Assembly: GCA_041287455.1 (NCBI GenBank)
Contig: JBEULF010000067.1
Span: forward strand, 103,663-127,662
Direction: 5' to 3'
Source: Sulfolobales archaeon
GTDB taxonomy: Archaea > Thermoproteota > Thermoprotei_A > Sulfolobales > AG1
Length of the DNA stretch: 24,000 nucleotides
Below, in pieces: positions 1 through 8,084 of this stretch. Numbering within the stretch: position 1 is the stretch's first letter; every line of letters begins with the position of its first letter. The position numbers and the translations under genes are program-made. The notes below the pieces were generated by a model, which was given only the letters and a program-made list of their open reading frames with translations, ran no database searches and was not told where the DNA came from.

Positions 1-691
1 CGGCTCTCACTCTATCTAGACTTGATATCTTCTCTAGATCTCTCTCTTCTCTAACTTCTCTAGTCTCGGCTACGTGAGTTATTATCCACGAGTCCGTCTC
101 TCTAGCTATACTATCTATCTTCTTCAACTGATCATCTGTGTAATAGTGAGGAGAAGATATCCCGACCCACTTAGTCTTCTCGAGAGCTGTTCTAAGACTC
201 TTCTCAAGATCCTCTGTCTCTCTCTCGAGATCTGGCATATAAGATGGTATATAGATCAGATCTTTTATCTCTCTCGCCGCTTCTACTGAGTGTCTAAGAC
301 CTTCTAAACCTCCTTCTCTAAAGTCATTTAAGATCATGACTCCTGTCTCGAGAGATAATCTCAGACTTCTCGCTATATACCTGCTCGTCTCTTCTCTATA
401 TTTTTTAAGCAATAGATATTTGAGACCGTATGGCTCTCCAACTACAGAGTCTATATCTAGATCCCATCCGATCTCTTCAAACCCTATATCAGCTGTGTGT
501 ATATGTGAATTTACTAGCGAGGGAATCACTATCCCTCCTCTAAGATCTATCTTTAGCACATTTGAATTAACAGAGAACCCCGACAGACCTATACTCTCTA
601 TTATACCATCTTCTATGTATAGAGAGACGTTTCTTTTGATCTCTAGATCTCTATGAATTAGAGCGGCACTTGCTTCGATAAAGTATTTCAT
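1..691 (-). CDS. Amidohydrolase-superfamily metal-dependent hydrolase (ATZ/TRZ / deaminase-like); N-terminal part only, gene runs off the left edge
   Basis: Absent from the ORF track because it has no stop in the window. My own minus-strand translation from the ATG (complement of 689..691) reads MKYFIEASAALIHRDLEIKRNVSLYIEDGIIESIG...GGIVIPSLVNSHIHTADIG...SWIITHVAETREV and stays open to position 1. The P-x-L-V-N-x-H-x-H metal-ligand motif and the HVAET motif are typical of this superfamily. A TATA-like tctatatattaag lies about 17-30 nt upstream. The + strand ORFs 74..289 and 336..656 are its antisense shadows. Confidence 0.75.
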   Translation of the reverse strand, partial: MKYFIEASAALIHRDLEIKRNVSLYIEDGIIESIGLSGFSVNSNVLKIDLRGGIVIPSLVNSHIHTADIGFEEIGWDLDIDSVVGEPYGLKYLLLKKYREETSRYIARSLRLSLETGVMILNDFREGGLEGLRHSVEAAREIKDLIYIPSYMPDLERETEDLEKSLRTALEKTKWVGISSPHYYTDDQLKKIDSIARETDSWIITHVAETREVREERDLEKISSLDRVRA

Positions 692-736
692 ATACTGACA
701 CCCACTTAATATATAGAGAGTCGCGGGTTATCACTA

Positions 737-1357
737 TTACTCGTATTCTTCTTCTCTCTGAGCTCTCAAGTAGAAGCCCAGATCGAATATGTTCTTGACC
801 ACAGGTTTTATCATATACTCTCTTGTTCTAGGCCACTTGAGGATCTCCTCGAGATCCTCTGTAGCCACGCCTATTCCAACTACTCTACCGTCCTCAGGAT
901 CTATTATAGAGACTATATGATTCCTCTTGAAAGGCTCATAGATCTTAATAACGCTCTCGTAGAGCAGATCATTACCATACAAGAAAGCCTTAACTCCTCT
1001 CTCCCCAGCTATAACAGCTCCTCTCGTAGTAGCCAATCTCTCGTACAGAAGATCTAGGAATAATGGTGTAGGTATAAACTTACCACTCTCTATAAAGCCT
1101 ATTCTAAGACCCGCTGACACTACTTCCACGTCTCTCTCTCTTAAAGTTCTTATCTTGTCTAACAATGATCTTTCTATCATGAATAGATGTTTACAAGACT
1201 CATCTAGACATATGATCTCTGCGTTTAGAATCTCAAATAATCTATCTAGAGAGATATCAAATAAAGTCTTCACGAATCTATCTATCAGATAGAATTCCCC
1301 CCTAGACCTCAGAGATCGCGTGTTTACGACGATTCTTACTTTCTCCTCAGAACACAT
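737..1357 (-). CDS. PUA-domain RNA-binding protein, NIP7-like (ribosome biogenesis type)
   Basis: The C-terminal half (GERGVKAFLYGNDLLYESV...HIVSIIDPEDGRVVGIGVATEDLEEI) looks like a NIP7/PUA module. It lies directly downstream of, and overlaps, the NOP2/Sun methyltransferase gene. The start is ambiguous: ATG at 1357 is chosen (22-nt overlap with the upstream gene), with alternatives ATG 1393 and the track's GTG 1405. Confidence 0.5.
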   Translation of the reverse strand: MCSEEKVRIVVNTRSLRSRGEFYLIDRFVKTLFDISLDRLFEILNAEIICLDESCKHLFMIERSLLDKIRTLRERDVEVVSAGLRIGFIESGKFIPTPLFLDLLYERLATTRGAVIAGERGVKAFLYGNDLLYESVIKIYEPFKRNHIVSIIDPEDGRVVGIGVATEDLEEILKWPRTREYMIKPVVKNIFDLGFYLRAQREEEYE

Positions 1358-2364
1358 ACAAAGTATCCCTCCATCAGATGTTTGTGCGGCCATATTCTCA
1401 CACACTTCTCTACGTCAGGAGAGAATTCTAGTCCTAGAAACCCGCTTAGACCTTTAGACCAAAGACTGTTCACATTCACAGTCTCAACACTCTCTCTATA
1501 GTGATCTATTATCTTTGATATCACATACTCATTCTCTTCCGGGGCTATAGAACATGTGGAGTAGACTAACAAGCCTCCGGGCGATAATGCTTCGATATTT
1601 GAAGATAGAATCTCTATCTCTCTAGAGACTAGCTTAGCGAGAGTCTCGTAGCTCGTCTTACTCTTTCTACTAGGATCAAACATAATCGCACCTTCAGCAC
1701 TACAGGGCGTGTCTACGAGAATCTTACCAAACTCCTCTCTAAAATACTCGTGAGTTCTTCTAGCATCGAATCTTGTTACAATATAACTCTTGAAACTCAT
1801 TCTCTCTAGATTGTATCTCAGAGCGGCTAAACGAAGTCTCGAAAGATCATTAGCTATGACCAGCCCTCGATCTCTGATTAAGAGAAGTATATGAACAGTC
1901 TTACCCCCAGGAGCTGCACAACTATCAAGTATAGTCTCATTCTCTCTCGGAGCCAAGAGTAGAGGAGGTATTAATGAGGCGGCGTCTCTGTAGAGATAGT
2001 AATACCCTTTCAGATACTCGTGAGTAGACCCTGCCGTAGGTTTGTCAGGACTCTTAATAATCTTGTATGCGTGACTAGACCAAGCTATCTTCTCGAATTC
2101 GAATCCTATTCTCTCTAGAGAGCTAATAGTCTTCTCACAACTATGCTTCAGATCATTACATCTAATAGCAGGTTTAAATAGATCTTTCCTCTCGAAAACT
2201 CTCAACAACTCCAGAGCTTCTTCCTCGCCTAGCATGTCAATATATCTAGCCACCATGTATGGGAGATAGCCATAGCTTTTAGCAATCTCTCTCACTCTAT
2301 CTGTAATCTTTATTCTATCTCTCAGCTCTCTAAAAATCTCGTTGAAAGCTATTCTCAGAACCAT
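1336..2364 (-). CDS. NOL1/NOP2/Sun-family RNA (cytosine-C5)-methyltransferase
   Basis: 342 aa with an ATG start. It carries SAM motif I LDSCAAPGGKT, motif IV DTPCSAEG (catalytic Cys) and motif VI LVYSTCSIAPEENE (second catalytic Cys). The N-terminal helical region (YGYLPYMVARYIDMLGEEEALELL) is typical of archaeal Nop2/Sun proteins. Confidence 0.9.
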   Translation of the reverse strand: MVLRIAFNEIFRELRDRIKITDRVREIAKSYGYLPYMVARYIDMLGEEEALELLRVFERKDLFKPAIRCNDLKHSCEKTISSLERIGFEFEKIAWSSHAYKIIKSPDKPTAGSTHEYLKGYYYLYRDAASLIPPLLLAPRENETILDSCAAPGGKTVHILLLIRDRGLVIANDLSRLRLAALRYNLERMSFKSYIVTRFDARRTHEYFREEFGKILVDTPCSAEGAIMFDPSRKSKTSYETLAKLVSREIEILSSNIEALSPGGLLVYSTCSIAPEENEYVISKIIDHYRESVETVNVNSLWSKGLSGFLGLEFSPDVEKCVRIWPHKHLMEGYFVCVLRRK

Positions 2365-2666
2365 ACTATATATTACTCTCTAAAGTGATTCTCTATAGAA
2401 CTCTTCTCTCCAGAACACGAGATCTCTCTTAAAACACTGTTCTCCCCGACCTCATCTAAGCCTATAATACTCATATCTAATCTCTTCTCTAATAGGAACA
2501 AAGACAGCTCTCTAGAATCGATTAAATTAAAAGACATGTCTCTGATTCTTGCACTTGGCGACAGACTTGATCCCTCTGGAATCTAGTTCTCGTCTAAAAG
2601 CGTATCTAGAGCTATATCTAGCAACTCTAATATTTGAACACTCATCATTAATATCATCAGAGAGTT

Positions 2667-2682
2667 AAGACTTATAAGTCTT
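2667..2682. promoter_or_regulatory. Perfect 16-bp palindrome AAGACTTATAAGTCTT with a TTATAA (TATA-like) core in a divergent intergenic region
   Basis: Read directly; the reverse complement is identical. Its centre (2674.5) is about 26.5 nt from the minus-strand ATG at 2648, which is the classical archaeal TATA-to-TSS spacing. Confidence 0.4.
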
Positions 2683-2766
2683 TTTCTACTCTCATAGAAA
2701 GATTCATTGTATGACTCGATTAGATTGAGATTTTATATTATCAAGTAAAGTATATATAGGAGATAT

Positions 2767-3288
2767 ATGAGAATCGATTCTCTCGTGATCAAAGATCCTT
2801 ATTTCTACGCTTTATTAGTTATTCTAGGTGTCATCTTCGCCGTCTGGGGTCTTAAGATAGCTAGAATAGTATCATCTCTGATATTCGCTATAGTGCTAGC
2901 CTATATATTCTTCTTATACTCGATGAATCTAACTCACAGCACACTAGTATCAATACTACTAGCTTTCATAGGACTGATCATAGGGGGTTTTCTAGGATTT
3001 ACTCTTGCTAGAATAATAATATCACTCTTAGGAGGCTTTTTCTTATCAAACATATTGTTATCTCTCATAGGCTCAGGATCTGTCTTACTACTCGTTGTAT
3101 TCACACTAGTATTCTCTGTGATTCTATATATTGTATCTAACATGATCTTAGCTCTCGGCTTTGCTATAATAGGATTTATCTTGATCTGGTATGGCTTAGA
3201 AGGTCTAAACGTGCCTAGTATGATTAGCTTCTTAATATCTCTAGTGATCTCTGTAGTAGGATTGATATATCAGCTGGGAGTTAGGTGA
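2767..3288 (+). CDS. Hypothetical polytopic integral membrane protein (about 5-6 TM helices)
   Basis: 173 aa, almost entirely hydrophobic segments rich in G/I/L/V/F, with an ATG start. TATA-like ttttatatta at 2731..2740 lies about 30 nt upstream, and aggag lies just before the ATG. I recognise no family motif. Confidence 0.6.
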   Translation: MRIDSLVIKDPYFYALLVILGVIFAVWGLKIARIVSSLIFAIVLAYIFFLYSMNLTHSTLVSILLAFIGLIIGGFLGFTLARIIISLLGGFFLSNILLSLIGSGSVLLLVVFTLVFSVILYIVSNMILALGFAIIGFILIWYGLEGLNVPSMISFLISLVISVVGLIYQLGVR

Positions 3289-3309
3289 GGATAGAAGCGG
3301 TTTACTATC

Positions 3310-4539
3310 TTATCTTTTCCTGGCTGAGACAATTTTTATAACATCATTGTTATTAAGCACGTACTCAGCCCCCACTCTATTCTTAGTCTTAGCATCGATA
3401 GCGTATATAAATCCCTCGCCAAGATCGCTATGAATCATATAAGCAAGATCTCTAGCCGTAGTGCCTCTTCTAACTAGCAGAGCGTCGGGGAGCACTGCTC
3501 CACTAGAATCAGTATATCTAACATGATCCTCTACAGGATATACCACAATCATATTCAACAACTCAAATACTGCTGTGTTGAGCAGTCTCTGCACGCCAGT
3601 CCCATCATATGTTTTTATAAAAGATCTTATCTTCTCTAGAGCTTTTAATTGAGCTAGTGTAAGCTTCTTGTGATCTACGATCTCAAAATCTCTATCTCCA
3701 GGTAGATATCTTATCAAACCCTGCGAAGAAGCTCTTCTCAACGCTAGCTCGTACTCTGCAGAGACTGGGATTATCACTCTGTCTCTGAGTCTCTCGACGA
3801 GAGACTTGATAATATCTCGCGCCTCAGGCACGTCAGCCTTGTTCGCCGCTATAATCATCGGTTTTGACGCTTTGCGTAGAGCTACTGTGAAATTATAGAG
3901 ATCCTCATTATTCCACGAGGAGAACTTCTTCTTCTCAAGATCTGTGGCTCTGAGAGCTTGTATGACGTGAGATTGTTTGATAGATAAGCCAGATAGTCTT
4001 TGCGTCAACCTAGCCACGGCTTCGGAGGGCGGCACATGATCTAGCCCTCTAGAGAATTTATCCCAGTCTCTCTTTATAATCGAATACATCCATAGCTCGA
4101 TCTCTCTCTCTATATCAATAACATCATTATAAGGATCGTAAGACCCCGGCTTCACAGGATTACCCTCAGGATCTGTAGACCCTGCTGCATCTACAACATG
4201 AATCAATAGATCTGCCTGTCTCAGATCATCTAAAAACTTGTTTCCAAGACCTCTCCCCTCGTGAGCACCTCTGATCAGCCCGGCTACATCCATTATCTTG
4301 ACAGGGATAAATCTGTCGCCGTTGACACATATAGAATTTCTAGCATCACACTTAGGAAGATTTAGCTCTATATGAACACACTTGCTTCTCACATACCCAA
4401 TCCCTATGTTAGGCTCTATCGTTACGAAAGGTCTATTCTCTATTTTCACAGGGATCATAGTGATGGCTGAGAATAGAGTTGATTTACCAACATTAGTCTT
4501 CCCCACGATCCCGATCAGAATATTTGTCTGAATAACCAT
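3310..4539 (-). CDS. Obg/YchF-related P-loop GTPase (Ygr210-like archaeal type) with C-terminal TGS domain
   Basis: 409 aa with an ATG start. G1 is GIVGKTNVGKST, G3 is DVAGLI, and G4 is ANKAD. The C-terminus (VLPDALLVRRGTTARDLAYMIHSDLGEGFIYAIDAKT...VLNNNDVIKIVS) looks like a TGS domain. Confidence 0.8.
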   Translation of the reverse strand: MVIQTNILIGIVGKTNVGKSTLFSAITMIPVKIENRPFVTIEPNIGIGYVRSKCVHIELNLPKCDARNSICVNGDRFIPVKIMDVAGLIRGAHEGRGLGNKFLDDLRQADLLIHVVDAAGSTDPEGNPVKPGSYDPYNDVIDIEREIELWMYSIIKRDWDKFSRGLDHVPPSEAVARLTQRLSGLSIKQSHVIQALRATDLEKKKFSSWNNEDLYNFTVALRKASKPMIIAANKADVPEARDIIKSLVERLRDRVIIPVSAEYELALRRASSQGLIRYLPGDRDFEIVDHKKLTLAQLKALEKIRSFIKTYDGTGVQRLLNTAVFELLNMIVVYPVEDHVRYTDSSGAVLPDALLVRRGTTARDLAYMIHSDLGEGFIYAIDAKTKNRVGAEYVLNNNDVIKIVSARKR

Positions 4540-4555
4540 TATACTCGAGTAGATA

Positions 4556-4582
4556 AATAGTTAACAAGAGTAATTAACTATT
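4556..4582. repeat. Inverted repeat AATAGTTAA-N9-TTAACTATT (9-bp arms)
   Basis: Read directly. It lies between the stop of the peptidase gene (4585) and the start of the GTPase gene (4539). Function is unknown; it could be a terminator hairpin or a binding site. Confidence 0.6.
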
Positions 4583-4584
4583 CT

Positions 4585-5343
4585 CTAAATCATGAGACTA
4601 AAGATCTTTTCTACTAGAAGACCTGCGAATGGGTATAGGAGTGCGCCTATAAAGAGAAACAGAATATATGGAGCTCCCCACGAGACTATTATAATATCAT
4701 CACTACTGACAAGCCTCTCGTCTAAGAGTTTCTTCAGAGAATCTCTATAGGCCTGAGACTCTTCATTTATATCAAAACTAGATCTGCAGACCCAGACTAG
4801 CTTATCATCTCTTTTAACAGGGTATACTAGTGGGAACATGAATCTACTCTCTAGAAAACTACTGATCCTCATGGGCAGACCTGTTAAGATAATGATAAAT
4901 CTCTTAAACGCAGAATCACATTTATCAGCTATAAGCCTCGAGAAGAGCATGTTCCTAATTATAAAAGGGGTTAGAACTATCACATACACAATATTAGATA
5001 TGAGAAGGATCGTGAGTGAAGGTGGTAGTAAGAGCTCTCTGTATAGAGGCTTGGGTATTAGTATTGAGAGTACTAGAACTGCTAGAAAATCCGCGAAGCC
5101 TATCATATTAGCCAGACTTAGAGGTAGAATTATCAGAGGGGCGATCAAGCTTAGCAGTAGATACACTAAGAGATCTCTCTCTACATAGAATCTCATGATA
5201 AAAACAATCGATCCTATCACGCCAAATAAGATCCATATTCTGAGATCTACTTCTCTACTCTTTATATCACTATAAGAACTCACACCTAGCATTAGAAGAG
5301 ATAATATGTATCCAAGCCATTTATAGTCTACCTCTAGAGACAT
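4585..5343 (-). CDS. Archaeal type IV prepilin/preflagellin (A24 family) aspartic peptidase, PibD/FlaK-like
   Basis: Polytopic membrane protein. The first Asp motif is SSYSDIKSREVDLRIW and the second is MIGFADFLAVLVL (the GxxD box is degenerate). The C-terminal region ...IIIVSWGAPYILFLFIGALL resembles the archaeal A24 C-terminal domain. ATG at 5343 is preferred (5 nt after the MCM stop); the track's GTG at 5352 would overlap MCM by 4 nt. Confidence 0.55.
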   Translation of the reverse strand: MSLEVDYKWLGYILSLLMLGVSSYSDIKSREVDLRIWILFGVIGSIVFIMRFYVERDLLVYLLLSLIAPLIILPLSLANMIGFADFLAVLVLSILIPKPLYRELLLPPSLTILLISNIVYVIVLTPFIIRNMLFSRLIADKCDSAFKRFIIILTGLPMRISSFLESRFMFPLVYPVKRDDKLVWVCRSSFDINEESQAYRDSLKKLLDERLVSSDDIIIVSWGAPYILFLFIGALLYPFAGLLVEKIFSLMI

Positions 5344-5348
5344 CAGAT

Positions 5349-7436
5349 TCACTCGACGATCTTGTAGCAGTGTATCTTTACTTGAGTCACTATACCCTCT
5401 CTATACAGAGTATTTAAGAGTCTCTCGATCTCGTCTTGAGGTATGTTATTCTGTAATCTACTAACTATCTCACTCAGAGAAGCGCAAGGCCTCCCCTCTA
5501 CCTTGGTGATCTGTTTTATCACATCCTCAATCTCATGAATCTTTCTTCTCTTGCTCAGAGGCTTCCCAGTCATTATACTGTCAATATCTATCTCTCTAGT
5601 CTCTATGTCAAGCCCCACATTGCTCAGGACGAGAAGCATTATTCTGATAGCCTCGGCAGCGTCTTCTACGTCGACAATCTCTCTGAGAGCCATTCTAGCA
5701 TGAGCTTCCGCGAGTCTTATGAGAGACTCCATTTGTCTAGCAGTTATACTTATTGGTGTAGCCCCTTTACTCTCAGCAGCCGCTCTACGCATCTCTACGA
5801 AGAAGTCTACAAGCATCTTCCTGGCTTCTTCACTCAATAGAGGTTTTACATGCGTTCTAGCATAGGCGATGTATTTCTTTAACAGCTGAGGCTCTATAAA
5901 AGGCTTCAACTCATCGTACCTCGAGTGTGCTTCTACAATGTATGAGGCTAGTCTCCTATCTTCATCTGGGCTGGGCTTGTCCTTTAACACGAATATAAGA
6001 TCGAATCTTGATAAGATTGTCACCGGGAGATTTATATTGTCTGATATGTGTCTCTCCTCCTCATATCTCCCATACCTCGGGTTCCCCGCTGCTAGAACTG
6101 AGGCTCTCGCGTTGAGTATCGCGTGTATACCAGCTTTTGATATAGATACTGTCTGTTGTTCTAGAGCTTCGTGTATTGCTACTCGATCTTCTTCACGCAT
6201 CTTATCGATCTCGTCGATACACACAACACCAAGGTCTCCTAGAACTAGGGCTCCAGCCTCTAGATAGTACTCTCCAGTCGTCTTATCTCGAAGAACTGAT
6301 GCTGTTAGCCCAGCCGCTGTAGAGCCTCTGCCCGTAGTGAAGATTCCTCTAGGAGCTATCTTAGCTGTGAATTGGAGAAGCTGAGACTTCGCAGTGCCAG
6401 GGTCTCCTATTATGAGAACATGTATATCACCGCGAACTCTAGTACCGTCTTCTCTGATCTTGGGCACTCCGCCGAATAAGAGTAGTGCTATAGCTTCTTT
6501 TATATCCCACAACCCGTATATAGTTGGAGCTATGCTCGCTATGATCTTTCTCCTAATCATAGGGTCTCTGGCTAATCTTCTGATCTCTTCTACATCTCTC
6601 TCCGTGAGCTCGACTTGCTCAACACCCTTTCTACTCAACTCAATATAATTAGCGTAGAGCTCGGCTTCATACACTGACTTAATAACTCTCTTCCTAGCAG
6701 AACTCTTATCTCTAGCCAGTCTTAACACTCCTGTCACAGACACTCTGTCACCAGGTCTAGCTATGTCCACGAGATCCTCTTCTAACACGACTGTTATCTG
6801 TCTCGGCATGTGACCTGGCGGTATCTCCTCGGGCATTTCAGCAACAGTGATCTTCTGATAATCTATGTACTCATTCTCATCTTCGACCACGTCGAAAGAA
6901 CCCTTAGAAGAGCCGCATAGAGGACATGTCTTAGGCAGTTCAAAGAACTCTCGATCCACTTCTATCTTAAATACTCCTCCACACTCAGAATGTTTTATAG
7001 CAGCTCTATAGATCCTCTGTTTGGGCGGGGTCATTCTAACTACTATTCCATCAACTTGAATTAGCTTGCCTACATGCTCGTTCTTAAGATCTCTAATTCT
7101 ATAAGACTCGGGAAGACCTCTGAACCTAGGCTTGAGCGAGACCTCGACATTAAACTCAGATCTCGTGTAACTCTCCAGAGCTTCTCTGAATATCTCTATA
7201 GTCTTCAAAGGCTCTTCTCTGAGTATTCGAGCCAGGTCTTCGTCGAATGCGTATATGTCCATATAGTCGATCACAACAGAACTCTTGCCTCTTCTGAGAG
7301 CCTCAGACACTCTTTCACGATACTTCGGCACATTATTCTCATCAGTCACACTCTCAAAGAACTCTAGGGCTTTCTCTAGAAGTCTCTCTCTAGACTCTAT
7401 TGTCAAAACCTCTTCTTGAACACTCTCGCTGGCCAC
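5349..7436 (-). CDS. mcm: Replicative helicase MCM (minichromosome maintenance protein)
   Basis: 695 aa. It has an N-terminal zinc motif (HSECGG...CPLCG), Walker A IGDPGTAKSQLL, Walker B VCIDEIDKM, the arginine-finger region SRFDLIF, and a C-terminal winged-helix-like tail. The length is normal for an intein-free MCM. It starts at a GTG 5 nt after the stop of the upstream GINS gene. Confidence 0.95.
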   Translation of the reverse strand: MASESVQEEVLTIESRERLLEKALEFFESVTDENNVPKYRERVSEALRRGKSSVVIDYMDIYAFDEDLARILREEPLKTIEIFREALESYTRSEFNVEVSLKPRFRGLPESYRIRDLKNEHVGKLIQVDGIVVRMTPPKQRIYRAAIKHSECGGVFKIEVDREFFELPKTCPLCGSSKGSFDVVEDENEYIDYQKITVAEMPEEIPPGHMPRQITVVLEEDLVDIARPGDRVSVTGVLRLARDKSSARKRVIKSVYEAELYANYIELSRKGVEQVELTERDVEEIRRLARDPMIRRKIIASIAPTIYGLWDIKEAIALLLFGGVPKIREDGTRVRGDIHVLIIGDPGTAKSQLLQFTAKIAPRGIFTTGRGSTAAGLTASVLRDKTTGEYYLEAGALVLGDLGVVCIDEIDKMREEDRVAIHEALEQQTVSISKAGIHAILNARASVLAAGNPRYGRYEEERHISDNINLPVTILSRFDLIFVLKDKPSPDEDRRLASYIVEAHSRYDELKPFIEPQLLKKYIAYARTHVKPLLSEEARKMLVDFFVEMRRAAAESKGATPISITARQMESLIRLAEAHARMALREIVDVEDAAEAIRIMLLVLSNVGLDIETREIDIDSIMTGKPLSKRRKIHEIEDVIKQITKVEGRPCASLSEIVSRLQNNIPQDEIERLLNTLYREGIVTQVKIHCYKIVE

Positions 7437-7441
7437 TCACG

Positions 7442-8002
7442 TCACCCGGTTATAAACTTCTCAAACTCTCTGATCCATTTGTATATGCCTATGAGAAAAT
7501 ATCTATAGAAGATCTTTTCTTCTATACTCATTCTCCTCTCCAGATCCTCGTCTATACTCTCAGAAACCTGTATAAAGTATAGTATTTTTCTGAACCTGAG
7601 TCTCAGAATCCTCTGAAAAACCTTGATTATTCTCTCCAGCTCTTGAAAAGCCCTAGGATCTCTGCTCTCAGCTCTCTCTCTAAAGTCGCTGACAAGCTTC
7701 TCACTCTCCACATATAGATCTTGAGAGATCTTGTATAACTCTATCTTTTTCTCTTCGAATCTCGTCTCCTCATGATATCTGATCTTGTTAAGATCCTCTA
7801 GACTCTTAAAAGACCTCTGAATCCTAGCATAACCCATCTTCTCAAGACTCTCAGCGATCCATCTCGGCAACTCGATCTCTACACCTTTTGACAATTCTAC
7901 TTCGCTAAAGATAACTCTGCCAAGGTCTTTTAAGATCATGACTCTAACAGGTTTTAGCAGTTCAATAATTCTAGTAGCTTCGAGATGATTTTTTATGAAC
8001 AT
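7442..8002 (-). CDS. gins23: GINS complex subunit, Gins23-type (B-domain then A-domain order)
   Basis: N-terminal VRVMILKDLGRVIFSEVELSKGVEIELPRWIAESLEKMGYARI matches the GINS beta-domain pattern (...G..veLPrW.A..L...G.A). The C-terminal part is helical. It lies immediately upstream of mcm, as in Sulfolobus gins23-mcm. ATG 8002 is preferred over the track's GTG 8032 because gaatataata lies about 22-32 nt upstream of 8002. Confidence 0.65.
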   Translation of the reverse strand: MFIKNHLEATRIIELLKPVRVMILKDLGRVIFSEVELSKGVEIELPRWIAESLEKMGYARIQRSFKSLEDLNKIRYHEETRFEEKKIELYKISQDLYVESEKLVSDFRERAESRDPRAFQELERIIKVFQRILRLRFRKILYFIQVSESIDEDLERRMSIEEKIFYRYFLIGIYKWIREFEKFITG

Positions 8003-8084
8003 GAAGCACACTTCTAATGATATTATATTCACATGTTATCTTAAAAATTTTCTCTTAAGACTCGATATATGTCGAAAACATGAT

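Noticed and set aside
74-656. + strand ORFs 74..289 and 336..656 from the track
   Set aside because: They are low-complexity (S/L/R/I-rich) and lie exactly antisense to a well-supported amidohydrolase gene (1..691, minus) that the track omitted because it is edge-truncated.
2642-2660. Two C-box-like TGATGA / ATGATGA motifs on the minus strand
   Set aside because: There is no CTGA D box within 100 nt downstream on that strand. The ATGATG is better explained as the start of the small ORF.
5349-8084. Replication origin next to the mcm/gins genes
   Set aside because: I found no repeated ORB/mini-ORB-like dyads flanking an AT-rich unwinding element in the short intergenic spaces here. Crenarchaeal origins are normally linked to orc1/cdc6 or whiP, not mcm.
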